DNA from: a virus
Lineage: Duplodnaviria; Caudoviricetes
IMG/VR virus record: IMGVR_UViG_3300020439_000054
Coordinates: 1-27,731 of that record
Strand: one strand, 5' to 3'
DNA: 27,731 nt
A program made the translations under genes and the position numbers. The notes beneath the pieces were generated by a model. The model had not been told where the DNA came from, searched no databases, and worked only from the letters and a program-made list of their open reading frames with translations. Shown one piece after another: positions 26,901 to 27,731 of this stretch; the first letter of the stretch is position 1, and every line of letters starts with the position of its first letter.

Positions 26901-27341
26901 TTGTAATGCACCTCTAGTAACAGCACTACCACCTATGGCTGCACGTTTAGCAGCTGCTATTGGTATATACTGTCCCATAGAAAAGAATGATGCAACTACA
27001 TCAGGAGCAAAACCTATAAGGTGTCCTAATTTATTTGCAATAGATTCAGCAGTAGTATCAGGTTCTTCTGACCAACCTAATGTAGTAAAACCTTCTACTA
27101 AACCACTTGTAAATTGATTCATAGTAGAAAGCAAGTTAGCATCGGCAGCTTCTAAATCTCTGTTAAATTTTAAATCTACCTTCTTAAACTGTCTTTCTAT
27201 ATAATCAACTTCTTCTTCTGTGAAAGATGTTGGATTAGTTCTATATGCAAGTTCTAAACGATTAAAGTATTCTTGTGGTTCAATTATTTTTTGACGTACT
27301 AATTGATCTAAATACTTTAATTCAGGATTTATTAATTTCAT
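17907..27341 (-). CDS. Giant virion/ejection protein containing a two-barrel RNA polymerase
   Basis: GTDAA (D866), FLK, LLKTG, TAAK, VRSP (R1248), LGGADKDAD (D1287/1289/1291), GKQQMGII, MADSA (D1445); no Cys seen in 3144 aa; Gly/Ala-rich hydrophobic N-terminus. Confidence 0.8.
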   Translation of the reverse strand: MKLINPELKYLDQLVRQKIIEPQEYFNRLELAYRTNPTSFTEEEVDYIERQFKKVDLKFNRDLEAADANLLSTMNQFTSGLVEGFTTLGWSEEPDTTAESIANKLGHLIGFAPDVVASFFSMGQYIPIAAAKRAAIGGSAVTRGALQAAGSKAPGFLRKKVGPKTFTLQSVPMKVADYVVEQSKNFLGGAGVTAGGYLSKGIFASPKLRNIGEQGIHLGVALGVSAWKDGPKGMIDSAMHGAAAGALFGTIGNYVNVGRLLENPKTRKLGQDTIRQVATEVSKDAAKTEGLNMIVRGTLGSIAQGGMATAQGLPVAEQVYEYMLGAFFGATTKSAGFAARTKFIMKNDYKNYRLGMTEQEAIDVARKDPEFQALSKNDQAYVETYIAKVVAQKFNMHAPLMGDLQKIPEIAKAVEKLGFDINQLTQPQFEQVFKQVKQDRAVQDLQGPTDIDIRVQERPAEYENVKPDATDTIKNQVLQNKIDIAYNEMLEISANADLNEPKVAIKNRDLELIANDIRGFKIGRNLDEINVTIAKLAKDNNYELNPTKAAILKEYEKLGLPNTFFTDVGVNNQRLGSYLKLKKNFTRRVDYEIDLTGDVVEIRKIPERDFKGEVLGGDRPQSKWNKTFAGDPVEARLLIRKSYFEKFTKERMGRNDEIVEIPVYDRTNGGPLDFKNASRKQVHDNAFNIKEQFTKEVQNRLIKSLDEKGMYIYGGTKDNGNLVVHRYAFTKAIRDNNRLEFFRRLENEVEGLKFKVKDDATLSNIFYTLIESGLYDPRNGFSIDLMVAATKKYINNPLYANVQKFNKYANLSQGADIPLEAAEYVNTTSTEAKNNPANNREAGKFNMIMVKDFQDPMFNNSESGTDAAVIARHEVFDAIQTRNFRPSNNGFLKLVGYKGPEYGENPIGNILLKTGTFRATEAQQKFMFENGIDFIVPKTAAKTSLGLREHTIEFVKATDSWTLVDSTLQPFKMRPDELYLNMGVYENFKGNKPAPFQKQILDKINEQQLGPDLAKGVKDDYNKLVEDSYNGDPNRTAEFDQIAQQSLQDRQYKLPETYDFNVNDISIESLNNVLSRDITSPLSRKVIDKILNRGREDYRELVTESTDEVAQRLMGLEVYEIPDILTRLDYDPGILLQPNIKKFVDKSLARYRTSRIVSPQIKHSTTGKLGPRDSETFARHPELNDNTFMMGRNFAKEYEIALPDNLGGVQSLESAFGKYKESLSPTQTKYDKADKEALAAAMQFMLVRSPNSSNGGVRVLDFAGFVDRKGFGIYTTSKNDYYLGGADKDADSVSVYSGMSKNIREAFKKYDNEFLQDGVLYNFEKPTQIFKDLISEAQDKGPAGNFADLVDVNSRIEVARMARRGKQQMGIIVDAMTRMQNLADVIVKRNGVFETSYVYNEKPSDGKIQIRLNDTLPGKAGKVTLEQIAKQLQLDSVNIVNLMADSANFSKVEFYNKIINKVWETYFKVTGDVMEVNGTTIYTPSLKGNNYFATTENAYGLYLTEKVHKDMYKVSGNSVLKINEYSRVAQEYMNEMGTDIPFYSNIAEAVMRTPDFFINPYKFYYNEAALKNQAESGRSELDVARLYVQKLRELVKGDKLFKRFGLKDFWNTHIETEINLKEIMNTSPYLMHDKLMDYQGIFSSLQRSRDFIREAANTGVGTETAEKIVADIVDTTYRIKSFFYTETQLYGIGNMEKEIKITPKEINGIIVRLKDKYRNQYKNRDDLVNEIETLIDYWLLTRDFRSAQTDILKHQEKDFVEVDNKIRKEIQRLTENNLLNDLESSGIHDYLKEKGRSFKKLRPTLDYAYRSLAIKNSNREEFFKSQSKYLKEITENITEQLKLPEESISLKKYLEEEIPFDVEPSFDYDTGVKNNLTEVRDNKLKKKEKRVEEEVMDYEFEADDDGTLYKVPIEKGTVKKPIKDTPETVDQLKKTNEMLDEILPQFDWLKKKAKPNELLTDEAQVEIDRLRDIMRKTPSTIARFEEFWIGLTFKLEGVGRRLDTLNTSDLRMLNNALEERFSAKSIVDKTTGKLIKKPGWLEQMLNYKVIGKKLETFEEIEYIKAAVPVIDKFGQQKPKTMNIILPTSTLELGRKTIDKFDTLQKLMASGIEAQHNGFYNFLNIDNANLIKHRDLLIEHAWNINEYQQGKYPSNETSPTAKQRIKEAFIDSTDTVAKLTGLKFPWPAKDGGKSEMIDAQTYSERLAQRFAQDLKSINNSYIKSNWESIEKFFKQQKVKMNLYKSKQPLTAFEGYTKDQIENMTMSEQQTALLNKNIALNKMESMFLDVHGLIRPELVNLMFKKFDLQAAPDRTIFGEFFSINDYFFIKYHMQIRDRLEFSYPEINLDKPLNIKERGIVTKFIKKEMDKASYREHIVGDVYRGYMPRMGHFDIAANIPKIQAFAEKQIKQRIEEVKQPGGFQQLPLDLRMAVEYNELSKSEAINIFKDTLMARFRREMDNSASNGGYESEAQVRDLFTRSNYKGYVGDYTASMLRNRGQEFLPYYSKNIDVMKRYKQQLIKAHLTNLAGFRAELLLRRFDKVNGKEGFVENWSRYMRDAFTNMLGMSNYRALNIHGIEKKDQGLYKRYIDNNLSREGLRLSVAEKDKLLDFDIAIRVSGAEKQNILFKNQNDVKQATKEVNNLRMTRAKKLSQEVNVTGKYNSLYHLTSDESAVKLFDGINKLFGGRLFGSLPEVKNVKGKVIGEAERRNAVLNRIRGISDLEGRFELLSLLSHPKTAITNMYGGTVNTIADTGWSAFRKANSTNYLLSMMQGMNAKFEFFNESTGKKQERGFESRADIDTWLESLGVYDQMFLDMVALDRNFGKKGVRKFWQEFIKRVNKSTRENDVQTKATYEQLQRKTLREVARDLKVEVPIVEFGALPMKWSERKLRGTAFLANYINMRDSVLEPIKDQIPFDSPVLINYALKGVEASQFMYQATFRPNFANTSLGRVLTRFQPYAWNSIGRRMRLFKEARQAEWNTEVLASKKAQRQFTFDLMSLALANIFVSTIFEYALSPPMNWLQDTAALLFGDKKARDRAFFSSYPHPVLAPLQVVTPPIGRFVMQPITAILNQDFDQFKDYTLYSYFPFGRLVRDGLRTYNSPAMAVDFMTGLPLHAVHEMRQEQKEKASRDEPIDPDFSIFDED

Positions 27342-27354
27342 TTACAATCCTTAA

Positions 27355-27731
27355 TTATTTTTCTAAGTAATCTATAATACCATTTAAAGTGTCAATCTGC
27401 TTTTCAGATTCTTTTAACAACTCAGCTTCATTTCTACCAAAGAATCCAACTATAGCAGAAGTACCTGGTGCTCTTCTACTCTTATCAAATTGTTGTGTTT
27501 CTTTTGCCATATCAATAGAGCTTTGTATATTATTTCTAAGTTGTACAAGTTTATTTTTAGTAGCTACAACTGATACAGCATCTTTACCACCTAGTTCTTT
27601 TTGTGCCATAACCTTAGAGATAGCACCAGATTGACTAGTTATTAACTCATCATTCGCATCTACAAAATCTTTAAAATCTCTACGTATAGCACCTGGTGTA
27701 CCACCACTAAACAATCCTGTACCACCAAAGT
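27355..27731 (-). CDS. 3' part of a probable internal virion protein (truncated)
   Basis: Frame open to the window edge; helical, Cys-free segment; directly upstream of the giant gene. Confidence 0.6.
   Translation of the reverse strand, partial: FGGTGLFSGGTPGAIRRDFKDFVDANDELITSQSGAISKVMAQKELGGKDAVSVVATKNKLVQLRNNIQSSIDMAKETQQFDKSRRAPGTSAIVGFFGRNEAELLKESEKQIDTLNGIIDYLEK

Noticed and set aside
17907-27341. T7/N4-type single-subunit RNAP, or a zincin protease domain
   Set aside because: Motif order fits the two-barrel class, and I saw no HExxH motif
19999-27634. Plus-strand ORFs inside the giant gene and its upstream neighbour
   Set aside because: Antisense shadows of long coding frames, with no RBS or recognisable motifs
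1-27731. Stop-codon reassignment or integrated prophage
   Set aside because: Long genes are intact in the standard code; no integrase, att site or host genes are visible

Overview
AT-rich fragment of a tailed dsDNA phage genome, probably podovirus-like, with three blocks. (1) 1-6316, minus strand: packaging/head genes (small and large terminase, P22-type portal, scaffold, start of a probable major capsid gene). (2) 6444-17679, plus strand: small early genes, a ~450-nt densely structured non-coding region, a four-gene ubiquitin-like cassette (Ubl ending KGG-Q, E2-like, JAB/JAMM peptidase, ThiF/E1) and a replication/recombination module (ssDNA-annealing protein, SSB, primase-helicase, resolvase). 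(3) 17907-27731, minus strand: a cysteine-free 3144-aa protein carrying two-barrel RNA polymerase motifs (probable virion RNAP/ejection protein) and a partial upstream gene. The main highlights are the phage-encoded Ubl-E2-JAB-E1 system, the virion RNAP with an atypical DKDAD motif in a phage using Shine-Dalgarno and sigma70 signals, and the candidate large ncRNA. All calls come from reading motifs by eye; no database searches or folding programs were run.
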